A DNA stretch of 64,000 nucleotides from a virus (taxonomy: Duplodnaviria > Heunggongvirae > Uroviricota > Caudoviricetes), in IMG/VR virus record IMGVR_UViG_3300044259_000172; one strand, written 5' to 3'. Each line of letters starts with the position of its first letter. Positions within the stretch are counted from its first letter, which is position 1. Positions 18,872-27,613 of this stretch are shown here, piece after piece. The notes below the pieces were generated by a model. That model searched no databases. It was not told the origin of the DNA and saw only the letters and a list, made by a program, of their open reading frames with translations. Made by a program: the position numbers and the translations under genes.

Positions 18872-19384
18872 TTAATAGACGTTGATCAGAGGAGTTTCGT
18901 AAGACTTGAAAAAATTCCGGATTGTAATATCCTCAATCTTTTCGAGAGTGATATATTGACCATCAAACTCTGTCATTTCATAACGAGAATTACGTTCGAA
19001 TTTAACTTCAGAATTTTTCTTCGGAATTGGAAGAAAAACTGTTCCCTTTGAATCTCGTCCAATTTTCTGATCCTTAACAGAAGTATCCAAAATGATCTTT
19101 CCATCAATTGTTTCATATTTCAAAAACTTGATTTCATCAAAATATGGGTGAGCAGCAATATTTGCATGAATGAAGAAGGATTTTTTAGAAGATTGATCCT
19201 CTTTGTTTGCGGGATCCATCAATTCGAAAAACTGATGAAGCTTTTTCATATTCGAGGCATTATGATCCATCTTAATGAATTCATCTTCACCTTGAATTGT
19301 GATAGAACCACCATCAAAAATCTTTACTTCATAACCATGAGACTCATAAACCCGAAGTTTGCCATTTTCGCGAACCAAATTCAT
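18872..19384 (-). CDS. hypothetical protein (170 aa)
   Basis: ORF; good promoter upstream. Confidence 0.5.
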   Translation of the reverse strand: MNLVRENGKLRVYESHGYEVKIFDGGSITIQGEDEFIKMDHNASNMKKLHQFFELMDPANKEDQSSKKSFFIHANIAAHPYFDEIKFLKYETIDGKIILDTSVKDQKIGRDSKGTVFLPIPKKNSEVKFERNSRYEMTEFDGQYITLEKIEDITIRNFFKSYETPLINVY

Positions 19385-19430
19385 TTTATATTCTCCTAAT
19401 TTAGAGATGTTTGATTTGTTTTGATAAATT

Positions 19431-19460
19431 CAATATAATCAAATCTACGAGAATGTAAAC
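19431..19460 (-). promoter_or_regulatory. T4-early-like promoter (GTTTACA-17-TATATT)
   Basis: minus-sense gatGTTTACAttctcgtagatttgatTATATTgaatttatc ... aggagaatataaaATG. Confidence 0.5.
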
Positions 19461-19467
19461 ATCAAAA

Positions 19468-19929
19468 TTAGATTATTTCCCAATTTCCTGTAGATTCATT
19501 TTTAGAAATTTTCTGAGTATAAATGTCGCTAAAACAAAATTGTTCGAAAATTTTTGGGTATTGAGAATCGAATGGATTTGTTTTTATATTTTCAATTTCG
19601 ATTTCAATTTGCTTTTTGGAATGTAAAAGATTTTTCAATTGAGTTTTTCTAGATGAAATATTAACTCCAATTAAATTCAATTGGTCTTTATCCATTTGGG
19701 ATAAGATATTAATAATATCCTCAGTCTGAGAAATTTCTTTAGAAGTAGAATTTAATCTTTCAATTAAATTCGCAATAGTATTATCAATGAATTTTTGATT
19801 TTCTTGATTTACGAATGCTTCAACTTCTTCAATAGAAGCATTCGTAAAAACTGTGGAATAATCATTATCAATGTCCCAACAAGGATATCTTAAAGATTCA
19901 TTCCAGTATTCTTTCCAAATTTGATACAT
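19468..19929 (-). CDS. hypothetical protein (153 aa)
   Basis: ORF track. Confidence 0.5.
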   Translation of the reverse strand: MYQIWKEYWNESLRYPCWDIDNDYSTVFTNASIEEVEAFVNQENQKFIDNTIANLIERLNSTSKEISQTEDIINILSQMDKDQLNLIGVNISSRKTQLKNLLHSKKQIEIEIENIKTNPFDSQYPKIFEQFCFSDIYTQKISKNESTGNWEII

Positions 19930-19931
19930 TA

Positions 19932-20330
19932 TTAAAATGTCTCAAATTTTACAGGAGGTAATTCAATTGAGGCCGTCCCAATAGCTCCAAAAATCTGGAA
20001 TTTCTTTGTAGGAGACTTTGAAAGATTTTCCTTAAGAAAAGTATCCATTTCATCCTTGTGCATAACTTTCAAAAATTTTCCATCAAGAAAAATTGCTACA
20101 CTATCCTTAAAACTTGGCTGAGGCCCTGCTGATTCTACTACCACGAAGTTTTCTCCTTTAACTTTTACCTTAAACCCTACTGAATAAAATCTAGACGGAT
20201 TTGAGACGACCTTCAAATCCAAAATTCTTCCGTCCAAAGAAACATTCTCAATCTCAAGAATTGTATCTCTATTGATTGAACTATAAGAACTGAAATTCTT
20301 TTGGAGTTTTACCCTATCACCAACATACAT
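19932..20330 (-). CDS. hypothetical protein (132 aa)
   Basis: ORF track. Confidence 0.5.
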   Translation of the reverse strand: MYVGDRVKLQKNFSSYSSINRDTILEIENVSLDGRILDLKVVSNPSRFYSVGFKVKVKGENFVVVESAGPQPSFKDSVAIFLDGKFLKVMHKDEMDTFLKENLSKSPTKKFQIFGAIGTASIELPPVKFETF

Positions 20331-20334
20331 TTTT

Positions 20335-20592
20335 CTAAACCTTTATCTTTTCATATATTTCTATGAGTTCATTTTTGCCAATTCTATCTGAAATTTCACT
20401 ATATTCAAGATAAGAAGCAATTTGAATTTTAATATCTCTCAAAAGATTATTTGCTTCAATTAATTGATCTTCTAAATCTCTAGCCTGAACTGACTTTCCA
20501 TCCCTATTAATATACAGATAATTATTTCGAAATTTTAATTTTTCAATTTCATTTTTATAATATTCTATATCATTAGGATTCAAATTTGACAT
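20335..20592 (-). CDS. hypothetical coiled-coil protein (85 aa)
   Basis: ORF track. Confidence 0.45.
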   Translation of the reverse strand: MSNLNPNDIEYYKNEIEKLKFRNNYLYINRDGKSVQARDLEDQLIEANNLLRDIKIQIASYLEYSEISDRIGKNELIEIYEKIKV

Positions 20593-20620
20593 TTAAAAAT
20601 CTTTCAAAAATGGAGCCTTA

Positions 20621-20926
20621 TTAGGCTCCTTGCTTTTGACCTCGATTATTCGAGAAATTGTAACCTTCTCGACCATTGGATACAAAAAATCCATTTGCCC
20701 AACGAGCATTTGAATTATACTGTAGATGATCGACAAACTTCATAAAGTCGATCCAATCCAATTGGTTGTCATCTTCATCATAGATGACAAGCTTATTATC
20801 CTGAATAAACTTCTTCCATGTTTCCACCTCATAAATCTTTCCATGGGTATAGAATACAAAGCGATAATTCTTTGCATAAAAACCGATGTAGATCTTTGTT
20901 TCATTGAAGTTAACGTGAAAACGCAT
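20621..20926 (-). CDS. hypothetical protein (101 aa)
   Basis: ORF track. Confidence 0.45.
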   Translation of the reverse strand: MRFHVNFNETKIYIGFYAKNYRFVFYTHGKIYEVETWKKFIQDNKLVIYDEDDNQLDWIDFMKFVDHLQYNSNARWANGFFVSNGREGYNFSNNRGQKQGA

Positions 20927-20974
20927 ATTTTTAATCCTTATATTTATGTGAAAAACTATTTTAGGGGGTAAATT

Positions 20975-21250
20975 TTACTTAGAAAGCTTACGATTTTCTG
21001 CGGTATTAATAGCCCGCTTATAAGCATCCTTGATTGTTTCTTTTTCTTCAATTTCTGATTCAGGTTTAGCTCGGTCCTTGATAATCTGGCGAATAATTCC
21101 AGTATCATATCCCTTATTCTTAATTTCCTGATAAACTTCCTTGATATCATCAGAAAAGGTCTTCATCTCTTCAGTAAGAGATTCAATCCTTTGTACAAAT
21201 CCAAAAAGATCTGAATCATCAATAGAGGTTACTGTAACATTAGAGTTCAT
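20975..21250 (-). CDS. gapR: GapR-like DUF2312/UPF0335 nucleoid-associated DNA-binding protein
   Basis: LFGFVQRIESLTEEMKTFSDDIKEVYQEIKNKGYDTGIIRQIIKDRAK closely matches DUF2312 consensus (IERIERLeEEkk..sdDIKeVYaEAKgnGfD.k.lR.ii..RK). Confidence 0.65.
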   Translation of the reverse strand: MNSNVTVTSIDDSDLFGFVQRIESLTEEMKTFSDDIKEVYQEIKNKGYDTGIIRQIIKDRAKPESEIEEKETIKDAYKRAINTAENRKLSK

Positions 21251-21767
21251 GTACTTTATTTTCCTTTTTTACAAGATTTGAAATGTATCCAGAAACTTCT
21301 GGAATTTGGTTATACATTTTTTGGATTACATCGAATGGAATAGGAGGACCCATTCCGGCTTTAAATCTTTCCTCTACCCTACGATTAAGTTCATCAATAG
21401 GAGTATTAAAGAAAGTTTTGACAAAAATATCCAAATTTTTATTTTGGAGAAATTTATCAATTTGAGATTTCAAAATCTTAAGATTAAGATTTGTATCAGA
21501 AATGACCAAAATATGGTCATAATCATTTTTAATGAAATCATCAATGGCTTCGTCACAAATTTTTGTGACGACTTTTTCTTTATCAAACTTATAAAATCCT
21601 GCATTATATTGATTGTTTGTCAAAAGATTTCGAACATCATCTCGGTTCACATTAATAAGAAGTGAACCTTTTGAGCAAAGTTTATTGACCCAGGTCGTCT
21701 TACCAGAAGCAGGAGGGCCAATAGTAAAAATAATGCTCTTTTTCATTTTCTTAACCTTTTTAATCAT
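21240..21767 (-). CDS. pnk: polynucleotide 5'-kinase, T4 Pnk kinase domain only (no phosphatase domain)
   Basis: SIIFTIGPPASGKTTW...INVNRDDVR...VISDTNLN aligns with T4 Pnk ILTIGCPGSGKSTW...NINRDDYR...VIISDTNLN; 175 aa only. Confidence 0.75.
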   Translation of the reverse strand: MIKKVKKMKKSIIFTIGPPASGKTTWVNKLCSKGSLLINVNRDDVRNLLTNNQYNAGFYKFDKEKVVTKICDEAIDDFIKNDYDHILVISDTNLNLKILKSQIDKFLQNKNLDIFVKTFFNTPIDELNRRVEERFKAGMGPPIPFDVIQKMYNQIPEVSGYISNLVKKENKVHEL

Positions 21768-22020
21768 TATCTACCATATGATTGAACACCATAATTGCTG
21801 CCTTCAAATTAGGAGCGGTCGAAATAGTAATAATAGGTTCGAATGAACCAGGAGATTTCTTATAATCAAAATGTTTGATAAAATATTCAATTTTAGAAGT
21901 TTGAAAAATTGCCTTCGAATAAAGACGAATTGCATTATGCTTATTTGTCACTGATTCTGCAATATTTGTAATTTCAACCTTATCAGCAAAGTCATCGAAA
22001 TAAATCTTAGACATTTTCAA
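21760..22020 (-). CDS. hypothetical protein (86 aa)
   Basis: ORF track. Confidence 0.45.
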   Translation of the reverse strand: MKMSKIYFDDFADKVEITNIAESVTNKHNAIRLYSKAIFQTSKIEYFIKHFDYKKSPGSFEPIITISTAPNLKAAIMVFNHMVDND

Positions 22021-22051
22021 ATTTCCTTCAGTTAGGTTGTTTATTAAATAT

Positions 22052-22081
22052 TTTATATCCTATTCTGAAGGAAATGTAAAC
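22052..22081 (-). promoter_or_regulatory. T4-early-like promoter (GTTTACA-17-TATAAA)
   Basis: minus-sense aatGTTTACAtttccttcagaataggaTATAAAatatt. Confidence 0.5.
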
Positions 22082-22082
22082 A

Positions 22083-23123
22083 TTAATTTTTCAAAAATTC
22101 TTTCATTTTGAGATCTGCTGATAATCCTGAAGAAACAAAGGAATATCTATTATCGATTAAATTTTTAAAATATTCTGGAGAATTTCCTCTAATTTCATTC
22201 AAATCTTTTCCAAATTCTTTAGAATTCTTCGGCCAAAAGAAAACTCTATACCCCATAGAAATTCCTTTTTTCATAGATTTCATAACGTCAGAATTTCTAT
22301 TTTCATTATCAAAAACAAGAATAAATTTTTCTTTGGGAAGTTTCGTTTTTTCAGAAACGGAATAAAGAGCCGCATCCAAATTTGCTAAATTATTGTCAAA
22401 CATTTTAGCATCAAAAATACCTTCAGTGACCCAAATATCTTTATTGATATCTACCTCATGAAGTCCATAAACTTTTGCAAATCTACGATCAATCATAATA
22501 GTCAAATATCTAAAATCTCCTTCAAGAAATCTTAATTGAACCCCATAAACATGTTTCTCAATTGTCATCAAAGGAAAAACAATAGCAGCTTTATCCTTAA
22601 AGAGTTCAAGCTTCTTTGTCTCAGGTCTAAATTTTTCTATGATTTCTAAAGTGTTTTTGGTAAAATAGATATCATCCATTTTTTCAATGAATCTTCCTTT
22701 AAGATAATTCATTGAGGTAGAAGAAAGTGAAACAGGAAACACTTGACCAAGTCCTAAAAGATTAGGAAGATCATTTTCAATTTCTGGTTCAACTATTGGA
22801 TCAACCAGAGATTCAAATTCATCAGTTCTAATTTTTCCTTTAAATCTTTTGATTCTGTATTCTTTAGCCAAAGAATTATCTTGATCTTCTAAAAATTTCA
22901 GAAGATTAATTTTTGGCATATTACAATTGAAACAACCAATGATAAGACTATTACCATTAGGAGAAGGAAATGCTGAACCACGAGCTGCAAATTGATTTTT
23001 TCTAGAGTCACCACAATATGGACATCTAAATCCAAAATGATTTTTTCCTCTATCTTTAAACATTTTAAGCTGAGGAGATAATCTTCGCAAAAAGAATACA
23101 TCCTCAGCAATTGTATGAGTCAA
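22083..23123 (-). CDS. gp61: DNA primase (T4 gp61-type: zinc ribbon plus TOPRIM); TTG start
   Basis: CPYCGDSRKN...CFNC zinc finger; TOPRIM WVTEGIFDA; ORF begins with TTG preceded by AAGGA. Confidence 0.8.
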   Translation of the reverse strand: MTHTIAEDVFFLRRLSPQLKMFKDRGKNHFGFRCPYCGDSRKNQFAARGSAFPSPNGNSLIIGCFNCNMPKINLLKFLEDQDNSLAKEYRIKRFKGKIRTDEFESLVDPIVEPEIENDLPNLLGLGQVFPVSLSSTSMNYLKGRFIEKMDDIYFTKNTLEIIEKFRPETKKLELFKDKAAIVFPLMTIEKHVYGVQLRFLEGDFRYLTIMIDRRFAKVYGLHEVDINKDIWVTEGIFDAKMFDNNLANLDAALYSVSEKTKLPKEKFILVFDNENRNSDVMKSMKKGISMGYRVFFWPKNSKEFGKDLNEIRGNSPEYFKNLIDNRYSFVSSGLSADLKMKEFLKN

Positions 23124-23133
23124 TTATTCTTAT

Positions 23134-23320
23134 CCTTTCTTAAAGAGAAAGAAATTCTGCAAGTTCAAATGTGTACATAAAACCGAAAAATGCTAATGAA
23201 TTTTCAATTTCTTCTTCAGTCAATTCTTTGATATCCAAAATAGGTTTATTGTCCTTTAAAAGGGCTCCGGTTTTAGAATTATAAGTTACTCTGTCGAAGA
23301 TAAGAACTAAAGACATTGTA
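23134..23320 (-). CDS. small hypothetical protein (58 aa, MSLVLIFDRVTYNSKTGALLKDNKPILDIKELTEEEIENSLAFFGFMYTFELAEFLSL)
   Basis: hand translation; GAGGA RBS upstream; below ORF-track size cutoff. Confidence 0.4.
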
Positions 23321-23392
23321 TCACATTCCTCTATTGAATTTCTTTGTTAATTAGATACTAACAAATTTCAAAAGACTTGTAAACAACTAAAT

Positions 23393-23731
23393 TTAAAGCA
23401 TTGCATAAAGTTCTTTATAATATGGGCTCAAATTTTTATCATAAGAATTTGTAGCCAAACCTTCTTCAATTAGCAATTTAATATATCTCAGAATTTGAGA
23501 TTCTTCCTTAAAAAGATATTCAGCTTCTGCAAGAAGATCATATCCCTGATTTGCAAAAACTGCACCAGCAGATAGAATTAAGAAATCTTCATCTCGAATT
23601 GAGATGAATTTATAAACCTTCTCATAACCTTTTGAATTTTCTAAGGCGTATTCCCTTTTGAATTTTTCCCAAGAATCATGATGTTGGGAAAGATATTGTT
23701 CCAATGAAGTTACATTTGAAATCTTTGTCAT
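23393..23731 (-). CDS. hypothetical protein (start revised to ATG 23731, 1 nt after upstream stop)
   Basis: TGAaATG junction. Confidence 0.45.
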   Translation of the reverse strand: MTKISNVTSLEQYLSQHHDSWEKFKREYALENSKGYEKVYKFISIRDEDFLILSAGAVFANQGYDLLAEAEYLFKEESQILRYIKLLIEEGLATNSYDKNLSPYYKELYAML

Positions 23732-23732
23732 T

Positions 23733-24080
23733 TCACTTACCCAATTCTTCAAGAGCAATTTCAAGCTCTGTCTTTGTTTCCAATTTTGCTTGTTCTTCTT
23801 TGACATTCATTTTATTCAAAATGTCAAAAATGATAGTGTCAAAATTATCATGAATATAATCAATAAGAAGAGAATTAAGAACCTTCGAGCTGTGTCGATA
23901 ATTTTCACTACCTTGATGATATTGTCCCGAAATGACCAATTTAACTGAAGCATGAACAGGAGAAAGTTTAAGAACTTCTCCATTATAGCCTGAGTTTCCA
24001 ATATGAGAAACCCATTCTCGAATTTCATCATATTCAGATTTCAATTTATGATAAGATTCGTATTTTGGACCAATATTCAT
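23733..24080 (-). CDS. hypothetical protein (115 aa)
   Basis: ORF track. Confidence 0.5.
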   Translation of the reverse strand: MNIGPKYESYHKLKSEYDEIREWVSHIGNSGYNGEVLKLSPVHASVKLVISGQYHQGSENYRHSSKVLNSLLIDYIHDNFDTIIFDILNKMNVKEEQAKLETKTELEIALEELGK

Positions 24081-24263
24081 TTTCTAATCCTTTAAACCTG
24101 AGACATATGAGCAATTTTTGAGAGTCGAACTTCTTCAAAAGCCAAAGAGCCTCCGATGGCTCCAATAATAGCAATCACAAAAAGGAAACCGATAGCAAAA
24201 GCTTTCACTGACATTTTAAATTCTCCATTTGATTTTGTAATTATAGATTACATAAAGAATTCA

Positions 24264-24929
24264 TTAATGTACATAACCAAAAATGCCTTTTTTCAAGAAA
24301 GTTTTAATTTCTGCCAATGTCAAATATTTCATAGCATCTTTGACGGAAATGTAAAAATCTGGATTAAATGCATTACTATTACCTGGATCAGATGAAACGA
24401 TATCTCTATAAATTCTAAGAACCTTTTTTCTCATTTCTGATTTAGGTTTAGTATATAGATCCATAGGACACCTCATGTAAATCAAAGTGTCTAGATTGAT
24501 CTCAGGGTGCTCATAATAAAGATTGCTATTGGTTATTTCATAGAATTCTATAATCCTTCTACGAAGCCCTAGATTTCCTTCCGCTGGATCAAAGATAATC
24601 CCATCAATCATAGTGCAAACATGTTCTTCGAAGAAGATTAAAAATGTTCCTTTTTCATACTTCTTTTGGACCTTTTTAAGTGTATCCTCATTATAAAAGA
24701 GAGGAATTCTTTGATAATCCAAATTTAATTTGCTGAGGCATTTGAAAATATCAGTATCAAACATACCAATAGATTCATCAAATCCATACTTTTTTGCAAG
24801 ATTATAAATTTCAGTTTCTGTTTTATCTGGACACAAATTCCAAAATGCTACCAAAGAACATTTATTTTTTAGATTATGGAGTACATCAAAAAATTGAAAT
24901 TCTACTTTTCTCATTTGATTAGAAGACAT
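24264..24929 (-). CDS. hypothetical protein (221 aa)
   Basis: ORF track; promoter-like GTTTACA motif upstream at 24988-24994 (weak -10). Confidence 0.5.
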   Translation of the reverse strand: MSSNQMRKVEFQFFDVLHNLKNKCSLVAFWNLCPDKTETEIYNLAKKYGFDESIGMFDTDIFKCLSKLNLDYQRIPLFYNEDTLKKVQKKYEKGTFLIFFEEHVCTMIDGIIFDPAEGNLGLRRRIIEFYEITNSNLYYEHPEINLDTLIYMRCPMDLYTKPKSEMRKKVLRIYRDIVSSDPGNSNAFNPDFYISVKDAMKYLTLAEIKTFLKKGIFGYVH

Positions 24930-24984
24930 ATCTTACATTTCATCCAAATTTGATAATGAAATATTCTCTATCACAAAATTACGT

Positions 24985-25557
24985 TTATGTAAACAGTTTA
25001 TAGATTGCAATTTCATCAATTTTATCAATAAATCTTGAACCAATTCCTGTCCATTTTCCCGAAGGCATTAGAGGTTTCTCATCCATCAAATGAAATCTAT
25101 TCTGAATAGGAATCCATGTTAACCAATTTTTAGAAATGATATCAAAGAGATAAAGATCTCCATAAGGATTTCGATCCAAAAACATTTGACATGCCCAAGC
25201 CGTTCCACCTTTCACAAAACCAGTTTCTGAGTCCAAAGGAGCAACTGCATAAACAGAATTTGAATCTTTAATTTGATAAAAATTTCTTCGAAGAAGATTA
25301 TTTGTATGAATGCTAGAAGAAGGAAATTTTCTCTTGATTTTCTTATTTGCTCTTTTTACAAAAGGATCAGCTAATGTTAAAAGTTCATCACTCAATATAT
25401 TAAAGAAAAGTCTATTTGAATATTTTTCTTCAAAATGATAATGAATTACTTTATGATTTACAGATTGTGCAATTGCTCCAAATGCAAGATCAGCACCTTG
25501 GGCTCCACCAGAAAAACAAATATTTTCACCTTTATTTCCATCAGCATAGATATTCAT
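24985..25557 (-). CDS. SLOG/DprA-LOG-like Rossmann-fold protein (SGGAQGAD motif)
   Basis: N-terminal ICFSGGAQGADLAFGAIA resembles the TGGAxGxD nucleotide-binding signature of the SLOG superfamily; weak. Confidence 0.4.
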   Translation of the reverse strand: MNIYADGNKGENICFSGGAQGADLAFGAIAQSVNHKVIHYHFEEKYSNRLFFNILSDELLTLADPFVKRANKKIKRKFPSSSIHTNNLLRRNFYQIKDSNSVYAVAPLDSETGFVKGGTAWACQMFLDRNPYGDLYLFDIISKNWLTWIPIQNRFHLMDEKPLMPSGKWTGIGSRFIDKIDEIAIYKLFT

Positions 25558-25626
25558 TAGAATGATTTCCGTTTTAAATTAGTATTAAAATTCAATATGT
25601 TAAAAATGTAAATTTCATTAAAATGC

Positions 25627-25658
25627 AAAAGGTGGATAATTATACACTATCCACCTTA
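25627..25658 (-). terminator. rho-independent terminator-like hairpin (aaggtggata / tatccacctt) followed by TTTTGCATTTT on minus strand
   Basis: 10-bp perfect stem read directly. Confidence 0.5.
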
Positions 25659-25889
25659 ATTGCATTCTAAACGCATATTCCGGAAAAATTTAAAATCTCA
25701 TACAAAGTCACAAAGTCATAAAGTGACAAAGAACAAAGTCATTAATAATCTAAACCCGCTTTACAAAGTCACAAACAGGAAGTGAGTTTAAAACTCCTTC
25801 ATTTTGAACGGAACAAAGATTAATATTTTGCCAATGTTTTCCTAAAATGGAAAACGTGATATTTGATTTTAAATTAATTCCGGAACAAA
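25659..25889. repeat. iteron-like repeat region: at least 5 copies of ACAAAGTCA(C/T), several short palindromes (TTCCGGAA x2, ttttcc-taaaat-ggaaaa, gaagtgagttt/aaactccttc); no ORF
   Basis: read directly from 25690-25790; bracketed by two terminator hairpins. Confidence 0.5.
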
Positions 25890-25912
25890 GACCTTAAATA
25901 ATATTTAAGGTC
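25890..25912 (-). terminator. rho-independent terminator (11-bp perfect palindrome gaccttaaata-a-tatttaaggtc) overlapping stop codon of 25894..26559
   Basis: read directly. Confidence 0.6.
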
Positions 25913-26559
25913 TTAAGAACATCAACTATCTCTTTACTCAGATGAATAGTAGTAGTATAGTTGAGTTCATTGCGTTTTTCTTCCAAAGCTCTAATTTCCT
26001 TTTCAAGATTTCGAATAGAATCATCGTTCTTTTCTTTTGCATCAGAAGGAAAGGCGAAAAAATTTCCTGATCGATATGGAATATTTTGAACAGAAACATC
26101 CAATGGAGCAAGAGACTTCTGTTCAGCAATAGCAGAATTTTGCCTAATAATCTTCAATGCATCAGATTCAGAGAATGTCCTAATCTGATTCAAAATTTGA
26201 ATAGGTCGAATTCCAAGCTTAATTTGTTCAATTCCGGTGATAATCTCATTAAGTCCAGATCGATCATTTGCCGTAGCAATAGTTACTCGCAAACGAGAAT
26301 TAATAGAATTCAGAGTTCCAAAGATATTGAAAAGATTCTGAGTCTTTTCAATAATTTCTTCTCTCTTCATCTTAAGAGTCTCGGCCGTATCAGTTTCATC
26401 AATAATGAAAGCTTTATTAGCCGATTCTGCAATTTTCATTTCATAAATCTTCAAGTGTTCCTTGACAAGGTTACGAATCTTATTTGCCTTAGAAAGGGAA
26501 ATCAATTCACCTTCTTTTTCTTCAACTGCTGTCTGAATTTCACTGTTCTTCTTTGCCAT
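25894..26559 (-). CDS. hypothetical coiled-coil protein (221 aa)
   Basis: ORF track. Confidence 0.5.
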   Translation of the reverse strand: MAKKNSEIQTAVEEKEGELISLSKANKIRNLVKEHLKIYEMKIAESANKAFIIDETDTAETLKMKREEIIEKTQNLFNIFGTLNSINSRLRVTIATANDRSGLNEIITGIEQIKLGIRPIQILNQIRTFSESDALKIIRQNSAIAEQKSLAPLDVSVQNIPYRSGNFFAFPSDAKEKNDDSIRNLEKEIRALEEKRNELNYTTTIHLSKEIVDVLKTLNII

Positions 26560-26570
26560 ATCATTTATCC

Positions 26571-27005
26571 TTAAAAAATAGTTTCTAAAACTCTTCGTGT
26601 TTCTTGATCTATATTATCTAATCCAAATTCTAATGCATATGAAGCCATCGATTTAATGACTGCATTTTTACAATTTTCAATCATAGATTCTAGCCCACAT
26701 CCTCCTGATACAGAGGTATTTGTATGAAAATCTTGTCCATTAATTTTATATTTTATAAGAATTTTAATATCATTTTCAAAGCCAGAATATTCTTTAAATG
26801 CAAAAACCTTTGCGTCAAAAATATTATTTTTCAAAGGAAATGAACCTAAAAATCTCTGTTCAATTTTATCCTGCATCTCCTGCAAAATCTTAATAGATTC
26901 ATCAGTAGGAGCTCTGATTTCAGTAATATGACGGTCTACGTATTTTGTGGTATTCGTATGAAATGAATTAAAATGAATAGATTTATTCAACATAAAATTT
27001 TTCAA
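26571..27005 (-). CDS. hypothetical protein (144 aa)
   Basis: ORF track. Confidence 0.5.
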   Translation of the reverse strand: MKNFMLNKSIHFNSFHTNTTKYVDRHITEIRAPTDESIKILQEMQDKIEQRFLGSFPLKNNIFDAKVFAFKEYSGFENDIKILIKYKINGQDFHTNTSVSGGCGLESMIENCKNAVIKSMASYALEFGLDNIDQETRRVLETIF

Positions 27006-27219
27006 TTTCCTTATTTTTAAAATTCTTCCAATAATTACGAGCAGCTCTTGAGGAATGTCTCTTCATAAATTTATGTCCTTCCGCCCCATAATAGCCATGA
27101 TCATCATCATGTGTATTATAACCTTTTGGATGAGAACTATCCGGTCCACAACGACTATCTTTTGGACTATCATCACGACCTTTATTAAGGCCATTATCAT
27201 ACCGGGTTGTTCTAGACAT
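26983..27219 (-). CDS. hypothetical basic His/Asp/Gly-rich protein (78 aa)
   Basis: ORF track. Confidence 0.4.
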   Translation of the reverse strand: MSRTTRYDNGLNKGRDDSPKDSRCGPDSSHPKGYNTHDDDHGYYGAEGHKFMKRHSSRAARNYWKNFKNKEIEKFYVE

Positions 27220-27512
27220 TGCTTCCTCGCAATTATGTTATCTTACATAAATTATACGAAAATGGTGAGTAAAATATTCATCTACCGTATTATAGTGTTT
27301 ATCCTCTACCGTTCTCCATTTCCATTCAATCCAATCAAATGAAGTATTAAATCTAATCATAATTATTCTTTCTTATCATATTATGAAAATATTAGAAACA
27401 AAAATTATTCCAACTTAACACCTATATTTCATAGTTTCGTCTCGAGCATCCACTATGATCATTCAAGCTAAATAATTCCACGTATGGGTTTCTAATATTT
27501 TCCTAATAAGAT

Positions 27513-27607
27513 TTGGCTGAAGAGGATGGGCTTGAACCATCAATCGAGGTTAACAGCAACGACTTGTCTCTTGTATCGTATCTAGAATAATACAATTACA
27601 CTCTTCA
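27513..27607 (-). ncRNA. tRNA-like element (94 nt) with a ~20-nt insertion; perfect 7-bp acceptor stem (tgaagag/ctcttca), discriminator G, encoded CCA and canonical T-arm (gatgg-TTCAAGC-ccatc); possible tRNA pseudogene or atypical tRNA
   Basis: minus-sense TGAAGAGtgtaattgtattattctagatacgatacaagagacaagtcgttgctgttaacctcgattGATGGTTCAAGCCCATCCTCTTCAgCCA; D and anticodon arms not resolvable. Confidence 0.3.
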
Positions 27608-27613
27608 AATATT

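Noticed and set aside
27220-27512. Possible 40-aa minus-strand ORF (27238..27357) in the long gap upstream of the tRNAs
   Set aside because: Weak RBS, no recognisable features; could equally be a tRNA-leader region.
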